A stretch of DNA of 63,459 nucleotides, filler included, from Octopus bimaculoides (lineage: Eukaryota), in assembly GCF_001194135.2 (NCBI RefSeq). It is 8 parts of 8 records of this genome, joined end to end, with 100 filler letters (N's around TTAATTAATTAA, not from the genome) between each part and the next. Parts side by side here need not be neighbours in the genome. Positions count along the whole stretch, not along the records: positions 1 to 16,734 come from NC_068994.1; 7 more parts are not named here. The stretch is one strand, 5' to 3'. Positions 1 through 13,235 of the stretch are shown piece after piece. A model generated the notes under the pieces. The model made no database searches and was not told where the DNA came from. It saw nothing but the letters and a program-made list of their open reading frames with translations. Within the stretch, counting starts at the first letter, position 1. Every line of letters begins with the position of its first letter. The position numbers and the translations under genes are program-made.

Positions 1-316
1 TTCATCACTTGTCTGCGTTCATGCGGAACGGCATTAAGTGTTTTCGCCTCTGGCATTAGGAGCGGGAAGTCGGCCTCGTTGAAAACCTTAGCCATATTCG
101 TTTTAAAGAATATGGCTAGGAACGAGGAAGATATGTTTGAATTTTTGGAAATAAGGCTCTAAATAGAGCTATTTCCGATTTGAAAAATATATGTTCACGA
201 AGTATTTTGTGTTATACACAACTTATACAAAATTTTAAAACAAAATAGGTCTTTTAAGAGGTGAAAAATGCAACTTACATGGGAGCCGATGTGTCTACCG
301 TCCGTCCATGATGTTA

Positions 317-524
317 ATAGATAGATAGATAAATAGATAGACAGGCAGAGAGACAGGCAGAAAAACAGGGAAGCAGACAGACAATCAGACAGACAGACAA
401 TTAGACAGATAGACAGATTGAGGCGCAGACATGTAGATAGACAGACAAACAGACGTACAAACAGGGGGATAGATAGATGAAAGTAAGAAAGACAGACAGA
501 CAGACAGATAGACTGATAGATAGG

Positions 525-568
<44 letters not shown>

Positions 569-635
569 TAGGCAGGCAGACAGAAAGACATATTAATAGA
601 TAGATAGATAGATAGATAGGTAGATAGATAGATAA

Positions 636-715
<80 letters not shown>

Positions 716-722
716 AGCGTGA
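317..722. repeat. (GATA)n/(GACA)n compound microsatellite
   Basis: Direct reading of tandem tetranucleotides; source of spurious ORF 385..744. Representative of dozens of (AT)n, (GT)n, (TATG)n, (ATC)n and (AAT)n tracts in the window. Confidence 0.98.
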
Positions 723-2467
723 TAGACGCTAATAAAGAGAGCATGATAAAAAGCGTAAGAGAGAGAATAAAAAAAAAACTAGAGAACAGGTTAAAGATAG
801 AGACAGAAAGAGACAGCCGAGGCGGGAAATATCATAAGATTTATTGGTGAAACAAAATTCTTGATTGTTTGCTCTTTTAAAAAACATTAAAGACTAACGA
901 TATAAAATTCATTTGTTCATCAGACAGAAAGGTAAATATTCTCAATAAGTTGTCAAGTTATTTATTTCGTCCAATATTCTCATAATTTGTTTGCAGCTAG
1001 GGTGTTAGAAGTATAATTTGTTTTTCTTATTAATTTTGCCGATCACCAATAGTTTCCCAAGTGACCTAGGAATAGTAAGGTAGTATGAAAAGCGAAAGTA
1101 GAGGAGACAGAGAAAGGGAGGAGAGAAGAGGGAGACAGTGGACGAGGAAAAGGAAGAGAAAGACATTAATGACCCATGTATTATGTATTTAATTTGTTTT
1201 TTTTTATTATTTACACTCTTATTGCTACTTATTACTGTCCCGGTCTTTTTGTCTTTTCATAACATTACTTGCTACTTTATTGATGTTACTGTTTCATATA
1301 TATTAATATAGATAGATAGATAGATACATGCATACATACATACATACATACATACATACATACATACATACATACATACATACATACATACCTGCAGTGC
1401 TCGGACTGAAACTAAAATGTGTATATTATAAATATATATATATATATATACTTTATTTAAAAGCAGCAGAAATATAACAAAAAATGTTACTCGGACAGAA
1501 TTCATATTTTTTTCCATCCAAATGATTGTGAAGACTAAGGAATAAATAATAATCAGATGGGGGCAATGTCCGGCGGATATGGTGGGTGTGGCACCGTTTC
1601 CCATTGAAACTGCTCCAGCCTTTGGAATGTCATCATCCCTGTATGTGGCCAAGCATTCTCTTGATGGAAGAACACCTTGCGTCTTGAAACCAAAGAATGG
1701 TTGTTTTGCTTCTAGCACTGTCTTAAGCCGCTCATGTTGCTCGCAGTAGATCTTTGTTATCGTTTGGCTTAAACGTTCAAAGTGGACTAAACCTGTTATA
1801 TCTTACCAAACAGATAACAACACTTTACCTTCTTTAGCCTGGGGTACCGGAATTTCTCCTTTCCCTACCCACTGTCTTCGGCACTTGACATTTTTATAGA
1901 GAACCCATTTCTCGTCACCAGTCATTATTCGGTCCAAAAGAAGGTTCATTCATGAGACATGACAGCAAAGAAGAGCACACATTCACACTTTGCGCGCGAT
2001 TAGACTCGAAAAGTTTGTAAGGAACACATTGACCCAATTTACTGACTTATCCTATGGCACACAATTGTCGATGAATGGTTGAATGACCAAATTCAAGTGT
2101 CTTGCTCAAGGAGCTGCCTTCCAAGTCTCATGATGTTATTAGACCCATGTATGCAAACTTGTTCAAGTTATAATCCGGATAGATTATTCATTGGAGGAAT
2201 ATGAATGGCTGTTCTATAGAAGCTGTTATTCCTCAACATATTAAAGGAAGCTTTTCTCTGTAGGTACAAAAATGACCATAATTATTTCCCTAGGTGTATG
2301 GCTATGCATAGTTACAAGTAAGCATTTCTTTTGCCGTATACGTAAGTAGATATTCCTATATAATTATGTAAATTCAGTCCATCACCCTAATTATTCTAGA
2401 AACATTAGGTGATTTAAATAGGAACCGCATAACTTGATATTATATAGAGAACGTCACTAATATTCAT

Positions 2468-2610
2468 AAACGTCAAAAGAGCACGAGGCATATTACATGA
2501 TATAATACACATTATTGTACAAATGTACATACCATTGCCGTCAAGATTTTCCTAAAGCTTCCTAATAAACATCAATTCGTAAGCAATAGCTATCATATTT
2601 CATAAGAAGA
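2468..2610 (+). mobile_element. Penelope-like element remnant, copy 1 (RT-to-endonuclease linker)
   Basis: Translates KRQKSTRHIT*YNTHYCTNVHTIAVKIFLKLPNKH, resembling the PLE motif RKRxIIWxNPPYxxNVKTNIGKxFLKLIDKH; contains a stop. Confidence 0.55.
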
Positions 2611-2902
2611 TATTTCATCATTATCACAACAAATTTCAAGAAAACTTTCCAGTACGAGTCAACTTATGGAATTGCTAAATCCTTCATATCTGTTGTCTCA
2701 AACTTGTGTGCTTCTTCTAATCATAAGACGATCTACAAACAAAAGCTATCGGATGTAGACGGATAATTCGTTAAAAGAAAATGGCAATACATGAATACAT
2801 ACTGATATCGGGAACGACTCCTCATCACGTTGCTATCGAATACGTATCCGCAGCTTAAACACTAACAGTATCAATGATTTAAAAAATCGTTCCTCTGGCC
2901 AA

Positions 2903-3300
2903 GATATCTTCAACAACGACGCCCCCTACTACAACAAGGCGCTGGCATCTAGTGCGTTTAAGGACTGTATTTCCTATACGCCAGACCCTAGCACCCACAA
3001 ATAGAAGCATTGCCAAAACATCATTTGGTTTGCACCACCCTTCTCATACAATGTCAAGACTTGTGTGGGAAGGGTATTCCTCAGGTATAATATACACAGA
3101 TACAGACATTTATTCAACTGACACAATCTAAGGGTCTCCTTTAGTTGTGAACCCAACAAAAAAATATTTTAACTAATGCCCACAAAACACAGGAGGAGGC
3201 AGGTTTCTCTTGCAGGGTGTACAATGACTGCGCAGCAGATGCCCAATGCGAGGACGAAGGAGTCATCTACAAGACTATGGTGACACCTAGACCGGCAACT
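2903..3300 (+). mobile_element. Penelope-like element remnant, copy 2 (RT C-terminus to GIY-YIG N-terminus)
   Basis: DIFNNDAPYYNKALASSAFKDCISY ... K*KHCQNIIWFAPPFSYNVKTCVGRVFLR in one frame, then HNLRVSFSCEPN and QCEDEGVIYKTMVT; these match the PLE motifs IIWFNPPYSxNVKTNIGK, LKVSYSCMPN and CLxxxVVYKATVT in the expected order. Confidence 0.8.
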
Positions 3301-4620
3301 ACATTAGGAATTCAGTTTGGGATATTTATATATATATATATATATATATATCCCAAAATGAGTTTAAAGGCATATATATATAATCCAGGCAGTTGCTGTC
3401 TTTTCTAAGAAATCGGTTCCCCGTGTGTGTGGTGCGTGTGTGTGTGTGTGTGTGTAAAACGGATTAAAATCAGCTCTAGTAATCTAAACATTATCGTTCA
3501 CACACTGCTTGGATCAAACGCCCACAATCAGTGACAACTTCCGGGGAAATCTTCCTACAGGATGCCGTGTGTTAAAGAACACTAAATGTCTCCAACCAGG
3601 TGAGACAACACATTCCGAAGTCATCGAGTATGTGTGTGTATGTGCGTGTATGTGTGTATATGTGTGTATGTGTGTGATTTTTATATTAGAGCATGTTTTC
3701 ATTTTATGCTTTTATCAAAGTGTGGCACTTTTATTTCACACAAGTGCATTTGATATCTCATATTGATATAAAGATTCTGAAGTGGAATATTGATTTCATT
3801 TGAAAGGAATATTTGATAGCCAGCCTTCTATAATGAGATTTGATAACTGTCTATGTATTTTTGTGAACTTTATACATGGGAAGCCTATCTCTAATTGAAT
3901 ATCGAAGTATGATATTGTCCTCTAAATCTCATTGCAATTTCTGAACGGTATTGTTGAGAAGTGAATTACTGTACATACTTCAATACTTCAAGTTCAAAAG
4001 GAGATTATTTATGTTTTACAGATGTTCTTTTTTCCCTAAATATCCAGTTTCTCTTATCCAGTAACTTTGCTACATCAATAGTATCAAGAATGCTGTTTCA
4101 TTTTCCCTGTCTTTCATGTGTAGCCTATTGAGATCTGCTATCCTGGAGGATTATATTTTTAAATATTAAAGATGAAAACTTTCCACGTATTCTAAGATAT
4201 AAATTATTCACTACGACGTCATTTAATGCGTTGGGTGACTTTATGTAAATAGGAACTCTTCAAAAGGGTGAGATACTGGAGACAAATATGAAAAAGATAG
4301 TTGTGTCTTTATCTCCTCCTTGTGTCTAATATTATCTCTCTAAACTGATGCATTACTAATTATCTTCACATGCAGATTATGTGGTTAGCATTAGCAAACA
4401 TCTTAATGTAGATATTTTCATTTATATCGGAATCCCTGGGTTTATGCAGAGGGACACAGACGAGTTTTAAAACTTTGATTCCAAAACTGTTTGAATATAA
4501 ATGCTTACATTATTTGTTCCGAGGTCAAAACACAACTTAACTAGCAAAAATAACATATGACCCATTATTACCTAAACTGTGACAACTGTGTATGCATTTA
4601 TTATTAGTCAAGAATGTAAT

Positions 4621-4865
4621 GCTGCGAGCTGGCAGAATCGTTAGAACGCCGGGCGAAATGCTTAGCGGTATTTCGTCTGTCTTTACGTTCTGAGTTCAAA
4701 TTCCACCGAGGTCGACTTTGCCATTTATTCTTTTGGGGTCGATAATCTAAGTACCGTGTCGGACAAAATGCTTAGCGGCATTTTTCTGCATTGTACTTCC
4801 TGGGTTCAAAGGTCATCCAGGTCGATTTTCTTTCATTTCATCCCCCTGGACTCGACCAGTTGAGC
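4621..4865 (+). mobile_element. tRNA-derived SINE family A (one near-complete copy plus a partial copy)
   Basis: GCGAGCTGGCAGAATCGTTAG (A-box-like) ... GAGTTCAAATTCC (B-box) ... GGGGTCGATAA; more than 15 related copies in the window. Confidence 0.85.
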
Positions 4866-4989
4866 AAGACATTCGATGTAACTGACCAGCCCCACCGACA
4901 CCAGAACCACCACCACCGCCACCACTTACTTTCAGGCTTTATACCAATAGTAGACAGAACTATTTGTGAAGAACTTAATACATCTAGAA

Positions 4990-5100
4990 TCTATAGAGCT
5001 TGGAAACATTTAAAGGAACATCACGTATTATACAATAAAACTGACATTCGACCACTTTACGTCACAAGACGTGAAGATATTAAGAGAGTGTTGAGTAGCA
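4990..5100 (+). mobile_element. Degenerate non-LTR retrotransposon remnant (RT C-terminal region)
   Basis: HVLYNKTDIRPLYVTRRED resembles the HPKxDxDRLYVPRKEGGRG motif of R4/Dong- and RTEX-type LINEs. Confidence 0.4.
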
Positions 5101-5289
5101 GGCAGCAGTACTAAGTTGACAGTTGTCAATGTTGTTCAGAAGAATTCCATTTCGCATGAAAGAGGGAAATACACGTTTGTGGATAGTGGACTTGCGAAAA
5201 AATAGTAAATCGCTACATCAGCAATATTCAAAATTTACTTTCACCAATTCCAATTGTCTTTGAACTAAAACTAAATCAATAGCCATGGT

Positions 5290-5445
5290 TAAAAGGTAAG
5301 GTAGCAGAATCATTAGTGCGTCTGTAAAGTACTTTTCGGTATTTTTTCTGGCACTTTACGTTGTTAGTGCAAATGCCATGGAGGTCAACTTTGTCTTCGA
5401 CGCGCCTCGTCCATTGAAATTTCAGACCTTGTGCCTACAGGGGAA
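5290..5445 (+). mobile_element. SINE family A, diverged copy
   Basis: GTAGCAGAATCATTAG ... GAGGTCAACTTTG ... CCTTGTGCCTA, colinear with 4621-4757. Confidence 0.7.
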
Positions 5446-5701
5446 AGAAAAAATATATATATTGATGGAAAAATAATTTACGAGATATGTGCGCGCGCGG
5501 GCGTGTGCGTCTAGTTCAAATTTATAGAGAAACAACGACGAAGACAGGTTTTGGAACAATAAGCATATATACTTGGTCTTATAAGGATTTTTATATATTT
5601 CGAGAGAACGTGAAATAGTGGACCAGTTCTTTTTTGACATTGGTAAATCTCGAGGCAAATAAAACAATAAAATTCGTGAGTAAATATCGTGTGTGTTTGC
5701 C

Positions 5702-5741
<40 letters not shown>

Positions 5742-6461
5742 TATGTGTGTGTGTGTGTGTACCATATGTGAGAAGAGAAGATCAATAGTCAACCGAATTG
5801 ATAATGGAAGGAAATTACCTTCTTATTTTGTTATTTTGTCAGAAATTGTCTACAAATCTTTGCTCACTGTATATATAAGAGCGGAATGAAATCACAAATA
5901 TCAACATAACAGAAAACGTGACACCAACATAAAAAATATAAATGTTTTCTGTTATACATTAGACTTATGATGTATTCTTTGTATATATTATAATGTTTGC
6001 TGATTTTTGTAACTTAGGTATTTCATTTCAGGTCCCTTCGTTTCTCTGGTAAACTTCAGTACGTCTATTCAACTAAGCCTTAACAGTTCTTGAGATATCA
6101 GCTTCCACCATTTTTCTTTGTCCTCTACTGGATAGAAATATATTTTTTCTCGGAGTTACCTTTCTTATTGTCGCTCTTCAGTTTTTTTTTGTTTTTTTTT
6201 CCTTTAGTGTCGCTAAAATATTTACATTTTAAATTGACCTCAAGCTTTTTCTTATTGTGACCTCACATACTCCACTTTTCCAACATTTGTTTTCAATTCT
6301 CGTGAATATACATTTCTATTATAAGATATATAATGTCTCAAGAAAGAAAATCTTCATCAAATATGAAGTGATTTACTTTTTTCTTAATTTCCATCGGTAT
6401 CTTTCTTCGCTCTCTCTTTCTCCATTCATAAATTCATATATCTATATATATATATATATAT

Positions 6462-6572
6462 GGGAGAATATACAAAAAATAACAACAGACGAGGACAGGT
6501 GGTGTAAATAACAAAAGTATATATTAGTATGACGCTCGGGAATACGGAAAGTCTTTGACGTTTCGAGCTACG

Positions 6573-6575
<3 letters not shown>
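6462..6575 (-). mobile_element. Truncated copy of a ~150-bp repeat with a hammerhead-like motif (family H2)
   Basis: Homologous to 21955-22111 and 61079-61233; minus strand reads GAGC-GTA-GCTC-GAAAC-GTC-AAAGAC; the 5' core is replaced by (AT)n. Confidence 0.7.
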
Positions 6576-6612
<37 letters not shown>

Positions 6613-7255
6613 NNNNNNNNNNNNNNNNNNNNNNNNNNNNNNNNNNNNNNNNNNNNNNNNNNNNNNNNNNNNNNNNNNNNNNNNNNNNNNNNNNNNNNNN
6701 NNNNNNNNNNNNNNNNNNNNNNNNNNNNNNNNNNNNNNNNNNNNNNNNNNNNNNNNNNNNNNNNNNNNNNNNNNNNNNNNNNNNNNNNNNNNNNNNNNNN
6801 NNNNNNNNNNNNNNNNNNNNNNNNNNNNNNNNNNNNNNNNNNNNNNNNNNNNNNNNNNNNNNNNNNNNNNNNNNNNNNNNNNNNNNNNNNNNNNNNNNNN
6901 NNNNNNNNNNNNNNNNNNNNNNNNNNNNNNNNNNNNNNNNNNNNNNNNNNNNNNNNNNNNNNNNNNNNNNNNNNNNNNNNNNNNNNNNNNNNNNNNNNNN
7001 NNNNNNNNNNNNNNNNNNNNNNNNNNNNNNNNNNNNNNNNNNNNNNNNNNNNNNNNNNNNNNNNNNNNNNNNNNNNNNNNNNNNNNNNNNNNNNNNNNNN
7101 NNNNNNNNNNNNNATATATATATCTTTCAAGTAAAGATTGTTGTTTGCTAATATGATATGGCAGTGCTGGTTATGTTGGCAAACAATCTTTACTCCAATG
7201 TTCTGTTGCTGAATATCTCTCGTTGTGAGATTTACAAATAGTACTTTTCTTATGC

Positions 7256-7295
<40 letters not shown>

Positions 7296-10200
7296 ACGCA
7301 CGCGTGTGTTTCTGCATACTCTCCACCACCAATTGACAACCGTTAGTTACTTTTTACGCCCAATTACCTAGCGCTTCGACGAAAGAAAATAGTAAGTATG
7401 TATTTGAGTTGTTTTTTTCGATTAAATCCATCAAGGCAGCAGCCATCTTGGTTGCAGTCTAATAACTTATACAAGTAAAAGAAGAAAGTTAACAATTTTA
7501 TAATTCACCATACACAAACATCATAATAAATTAAAATAAACTTTACCATGCAACATACAAAAACAAAACAAAATCGGTTATTATTTTGTGTCCAACATGA
7601 ACACCTTAGCTAGTAGAAAATATTTCTGAGTCCTCACAACCGGAAGCGGATATGAAGACTAACCAGAATCGTAGTTTTATAGGAAGAGCCCTCTTAAGTT
7701 TTATGTATTTGTATAAGGGAAATTTTGAAAGAATTATGCGTGGAGCCGAATGCAAAACTGTGATCGATTAAAGAATTCCCGATGCTATTTAAGATAGTAT
7801 ATTTAAGCTGGTATATTTTAGATCTAAAATTTTACAGTTTTCAAGAGGAAATAAATAATTAAATAAATGAAAGAGAAATAAGATGTAGAAATAAAAAATA
7901 ATTACATTTTTCAACACCCGCAGGGAAATGCTGTAAACTTAACCACTTGCTTTAAGAATTCTTGCATCATAATTTCTGATATTCGATTTACTTGTGTTTA
8001 GTTCTACTAATAAAACATTATTAAAACCTGGTCAGACAAAAAAAAATTTAATTTAATAAAGACAAAAGTGAAAATTACCCAAAATAATACTAAATTACAA
8101 AAAATAATAATAAACGCAGAAAAACAAATTAATTGAAAGAAAAATATAATACCNNNNNNNNNNNNNNNNNNNNNNNNNNNNNNNNNNNNNNNNNNNNNNN
8201 NNNNNNNNNNNNNNNNNNNNNNNNNNNNNNNNNNNNNNNNNNNNNNNNNNNNNNNNNNNNNNNNNNNNNNNNNNNNNNNNNNNNNNNNNNNNNNNNNNNN
8301 NNNNNNNNNNNNNNNNNNNNNNNNNNNNNNNNNNNNNNNNNNNNNNNNNNNNNNNNNNNNNNNNNNNNNNNNNNNNNNNNNNNNNNNNNNNNNNNNNNNN
8401 NNNNNNNNNNNNNNNNNNNNNNNNNNNNNNNNNNNNNNNNNNNNNNNNNNNNNNNNNNNNNNNNNNNNNNNNNNNNNNNNNNNNNNNNNNNNNNNNNNNN
8501 NNNNNNNNNNNNNNNNNNNNNNNNNNNNNNNNNNNNNNNNNNNNNNNNNNNNNNNNNNNNNNNNNNNNNNNNNNNNNNNNNNNNNNNNNNNNNNNNNNNN
8601 NNNNNNNNNNNNNNNNNNNNNNNNNNNNNNNNNNNNNNNNNNNNNNNNNNNNNNNNNNNNNNNNNNNNNNNNNNNNNNNNNNNNNNNNNNNNNNNNNNNN
8701 NNNNNNNNNNNNNNNNNNNNNNNNNNNNNNNNNNNNNNNNNNNNNNNNNNNNNNNNNNNNNNNNNNNNNNNNNNNNNNNNNNNNNNNNNNNNNNNNNNNN
8801 NNNNNNNNNNNNNNNNNNNNNNNNNNNNNNNNNNNNNNNNNNNNNNNNNNNNNNNNNNNNNNNNNNNNNNNNNNNNNNNNNNNNNNNNNNNNNNNNNNNN
8901 NNNNNNNNNNNNNNNNNNNNNNNNNNNNNNNNNNNNNNNNNNNNNNNNNNNNNNNNNNNNNNNNNNNNNNNNNNNNNNNNNNNNNNNNNNNNNNNNNNNN
9001 NNNNNNNNNNNNNNNNNNNNNNNNNNNNNNNNNNNNNNNNNNNNNNNNNNNNNNNNNNNNNNNNNNNNNNNNNNNNNNNNNNNNNNNNNNNNNNNNNNNN
9101 NNNNNNNNNNNNNNNNNNNNNNNNNNNNNNNNNNNNNATACACATATTCATATACATATTCATATACATAGATATATACATACACATATTCATATACATA
9201 TTCATATACATAGATATATACATACACAATGTGTGTGTCTCTCTCTCTTACACACACAGGTTGGTCTTGGTTTGCTAAATTTTAAGGCGGCCGGCAATAT
9301 ATTACATATACCTGTTATTACTGCCAGATCAAGCATATTTAGGTGTTTGATAGATTCCAATGTGTTGGATACATCACTATTCTTCATAATTAAAATACTA
9401 TTCAAGTTAATGATTTGTTGTTGAACTTTATCGACGAGCAGTATGTACCCCTACAGATTGTCATTGCTTTCGCTTCGGTCATAAATTAATAGAAAATTGC
9501 AATAATGTTAATGTAATTAAAACGCTGATGTCACCGAAATGAAAACAAGACGTAATAAATCATTTTTAAATGTCATACAACATCGTGACAATCACAATAA
9601 ACAGAAATCGAGACATCATAAAATGTGAATAAAATATTCTATAAGACAGAGCCATAGATTAGCCAGTCGGAAAAATCAACATTATCAAATAATTGATATG
9701 TTATAGATTATTATATACTTGCTGACCGCGTGCCGTAAATAATGACGACTAATTGTAGTAATTTATATATAAATAAGGTACACATACTTTCTAATCACAC
9801 ATACAGACATTCAAATATTTCCCTTGTACACGCACACACATACACACATATATTCACGCAGAGTTAAAACGCTGATTTTCTTTCACCCCTTCCTTTCTTT
9901 AATATTGTTTTCTCTCATTCCCTCTCAGTGAGGGCTATTACTCTCACTACTTCTCCTTCACTGAATTACTACTTTCTGTCATCCTCCGCGACGGGCGTCA
10001 TTCAGGACAAATATATATATATATACACATAAATATACAAATATATAAAAAACGCTACGCTCATTATTATTTTAGGAGATATTTAGATATGCTATGCCCC
10101 TGATATGCATGTAGGCACTGTTGTATATAAATTGCTCCTCATGAAATTTTCTCCGCTAAGTTTCTCTTGTTCAATAATGCTAATGATGATTTTAGAGTGC

Positions 10201-11849
10201 ACACACAAACACACACNNNNNNNNNNNNNNNNNNNNNNNNNNNNNNNNNNNNNNNNNNNNNNNNNNNNNNNNNNNNNNNNNNNNNNNNNNNNNNNNNNNN
10301 NNNNNNNNNNNNNNNNNNNNNNNNNNNNNNNNNNNNNNNNNNNNNNNNNNNNNNNNNNNNNNNNNNNNNNNNGTTGTATTCCTCACTTGGGTGTTATAAG
10401 ATCTTTTTTCATCCGAGTGACATGAAACAGACCTATAAATGTTATCTATTCTAGAATTTATACTGAATAGGCCACGTATATTTTAGAATTCCTTATTGTG
10501 CTGCGGAAAAAGAAATGAAATATAAACGATCTGAGAATATCGCAGCAGAAAGAATGCTAGTAAAAATAAACTGCAGGCATACATCTGTTTTATTACAAGT
10601 GTAAATAGCTGGATACGTTAATAATGCTGGCATCACAGTTTTATGACCTTACATTTCCCTACGAGCAGAACCATTCTTTGGAAACAGACAATTGTCTGCT
10701 ACGAGCAGCGGGACAGACGTTGAGCTATCCTAATTAGCCGCTTTGTGTCGCTTAATATAGAAAATGATGAATAATATAATACATATTATACTATTTTATA
10801 TACGTAATGCCCACGTTCTTCTGGATAGGGACGTTAAGACTTATTTTACCCCAAGTTCAATGTAGTACAATAAAATTATGAAGACAAGTACAGTATTTGA
10901 TGCAGCGAGGGAGTCAAAAATCAAAGGATTCTTATATTTTCGACAAGACCCATTGCAATTAATTCCGTAATTACAATAACACCATGCAAACAAGTTAATC
11001 TCTGATATGAATGATTAGAAGAAATATCCAAAATGATTCGTATCGTCAGATGACTACTGATTATATTTTAGAATGTTTAATTAAATGCAAACCGTCTATC
11101 AAGCTAATAGTTTATACAAAGAATGTCGTCTAACCTTTAAGATGCCTGATTAATTCACCCTACTAAGACTGATGTTTAATTAATTAGTAAAATAATCAAA
11201 ATTACATTAATGATACAATTCGCAAAGGAAGCTAATTTACGTTAATTGAAATATAGGAGTATAATAATGATGTGGCTTAAGAATTATATTAATAAAACTC
11301 AATGCAAACATTTTGTTAATTCTCGCGCGATATACTACAATATCGAAGTAATTATTCACCAGATATGAACCATTTGCCAAAACATAGAAGATAGGCGGCA
11401 TGATTAATTAAATTATAATGCATTCCGGTAAAGAAAAAAAAAAAAGAAAAGAAACAACGTTACAGTTCTAAGAACACTTTGCTTCACGTAGAACAAAATG
11501 TAGCCCCCTCGGTTGATTGCAATATCGGCTCTTTCGATATTGCAGAGTTGCAGGAATATGCTTGTAGGACTAGATATGGTTGTTAAGCTTCATGAATTCA
11601 TGCCAAAAGTGATAGGCGTAGAAATATATATCCAGTTGGACTTATAGCTCCATGACGCGATTAAACATCAGTGCAGTTTAGAGAAGAATTTAACAAAATC
11701 TTTAAAACTTCAGACTTATAGTAGCAATATGCATATAATTGAATAGCGTTTTTATTTAAAATTTTTATTGAACCTGAATAAAAGTTGAAATAGTGCATAC
11801 GATTGATCCGTGACTACAGGGTACACTTCTTGAAAATTGAAAACTCACA

Positions 11850-11893
<44 letters not shown>

Positions 11894-12687
11894 CTTGCCC
11901 AAGATGCCATGCAGAGGGAGGGAACGAAACCGAGCCCATTAGGCTTGGAAGCAAAATTGTCGACACAAAGTCAACGCCTACGTATATACACTTTTACATT
12001 ATATGCTGCATATATAAGAAAATATGTTGTTATTCGATTTGCCTGAGCACAAGTGTGTCAGTATGTGTCTTTCTCAAGGAGAAATATATACTTCAGTGTA
12101 GGACTTCCCGTATAATATCAACATTTTCGAAAGCTTAACAGAAAAGTCAGACACAATGGTATGAATAATGTAGTGCATTGAAACTATTCTTGGTAGATTC
12201 GTTTTCTCAAGCGTAAGAGTGCGAGGAAGTGGAATCTTGGAAATGATCATAAATGTGGGTTGAAAGTAAAACGTCACCTTTGCTATATCACTTGCTCTAT
12301 AACTACTAAGACAGCACCACATAGAAATGTTTCACCTTTACAAATTGTTATATATATATAAACGTAGGCTGAAACAGTTACGGATCTGGCCGTGGACATA
12401 CATACCTATATACATACACAGGCATACGTACATGTATAGCCACACACAGAGATACATGCATATAAATACACACATAAATATATACGTAAATATGAATGCA
12501 TGTATATATGTATATATGCATGCACATATAAATATATATATATATATATATANNNNNNNNNNNNNNNNNNNNNNNNNNNNNNNNNNNNNNNNNNNNNNNN
12601 NNNNNNNNNNNNNNATATACATATATATATATGCAAATGCATATACATATATTTCTACATATGTATATAACTAGTGTGTGTTTGTTT

Positions 12688-12730
<43 letters not shown>

Positions 12731-13049
12731 TGTGTGTGTGTGTGTGTGCTTGTGCGTGCTTGTCTTTACATGGCCTATTAAACTTCACCTGCTAGACAGA
12801 TCTCCATACAACGTCAGGCACAGATTTGTTTCCTTGCCTACGGCATTTTGCTCTTATAGATGTTTGCACAATATCTATTTTGGTTTATGAATGGACGGCT
12901 TTTAGGAAGCATAGTTTCTATCGTTTTCCCTTTTATCTTTTTTTTACTTGTTTTTGTAACTGAATTGCGGTCAGTCTGAGGCTTATTCTTGTTTTACATG
13001 CGCATTAGATCTGTTGTTTTTTTTATTTTATTTTATTTCCTCCTTTGTT

Positions 13050-13235
13050 TAGGCGGCGCACAGACAGAATCATTTGTTCACTGGGCAAAAATGCCTCGCG
13101 ACTTTTCATCCGTCTTTACCTTTAGAGTTCAAATTCCTCCGAGGCCGACCTTGCTTTTCATCCATTCGATGTAAAAAATAATTCAGTTAACCACTCATTC
13201 AAAACATGTGGCCTTGTGCAAATATCTGAAAGGTA
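13050..13235 (+). mobile_element. SINE family A
   Basis: GGCGGCGCACAGACAGAATCATTT ... GAGTTCAAATTCC ... GGCCTTGTGC. Confidence 0.75.
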
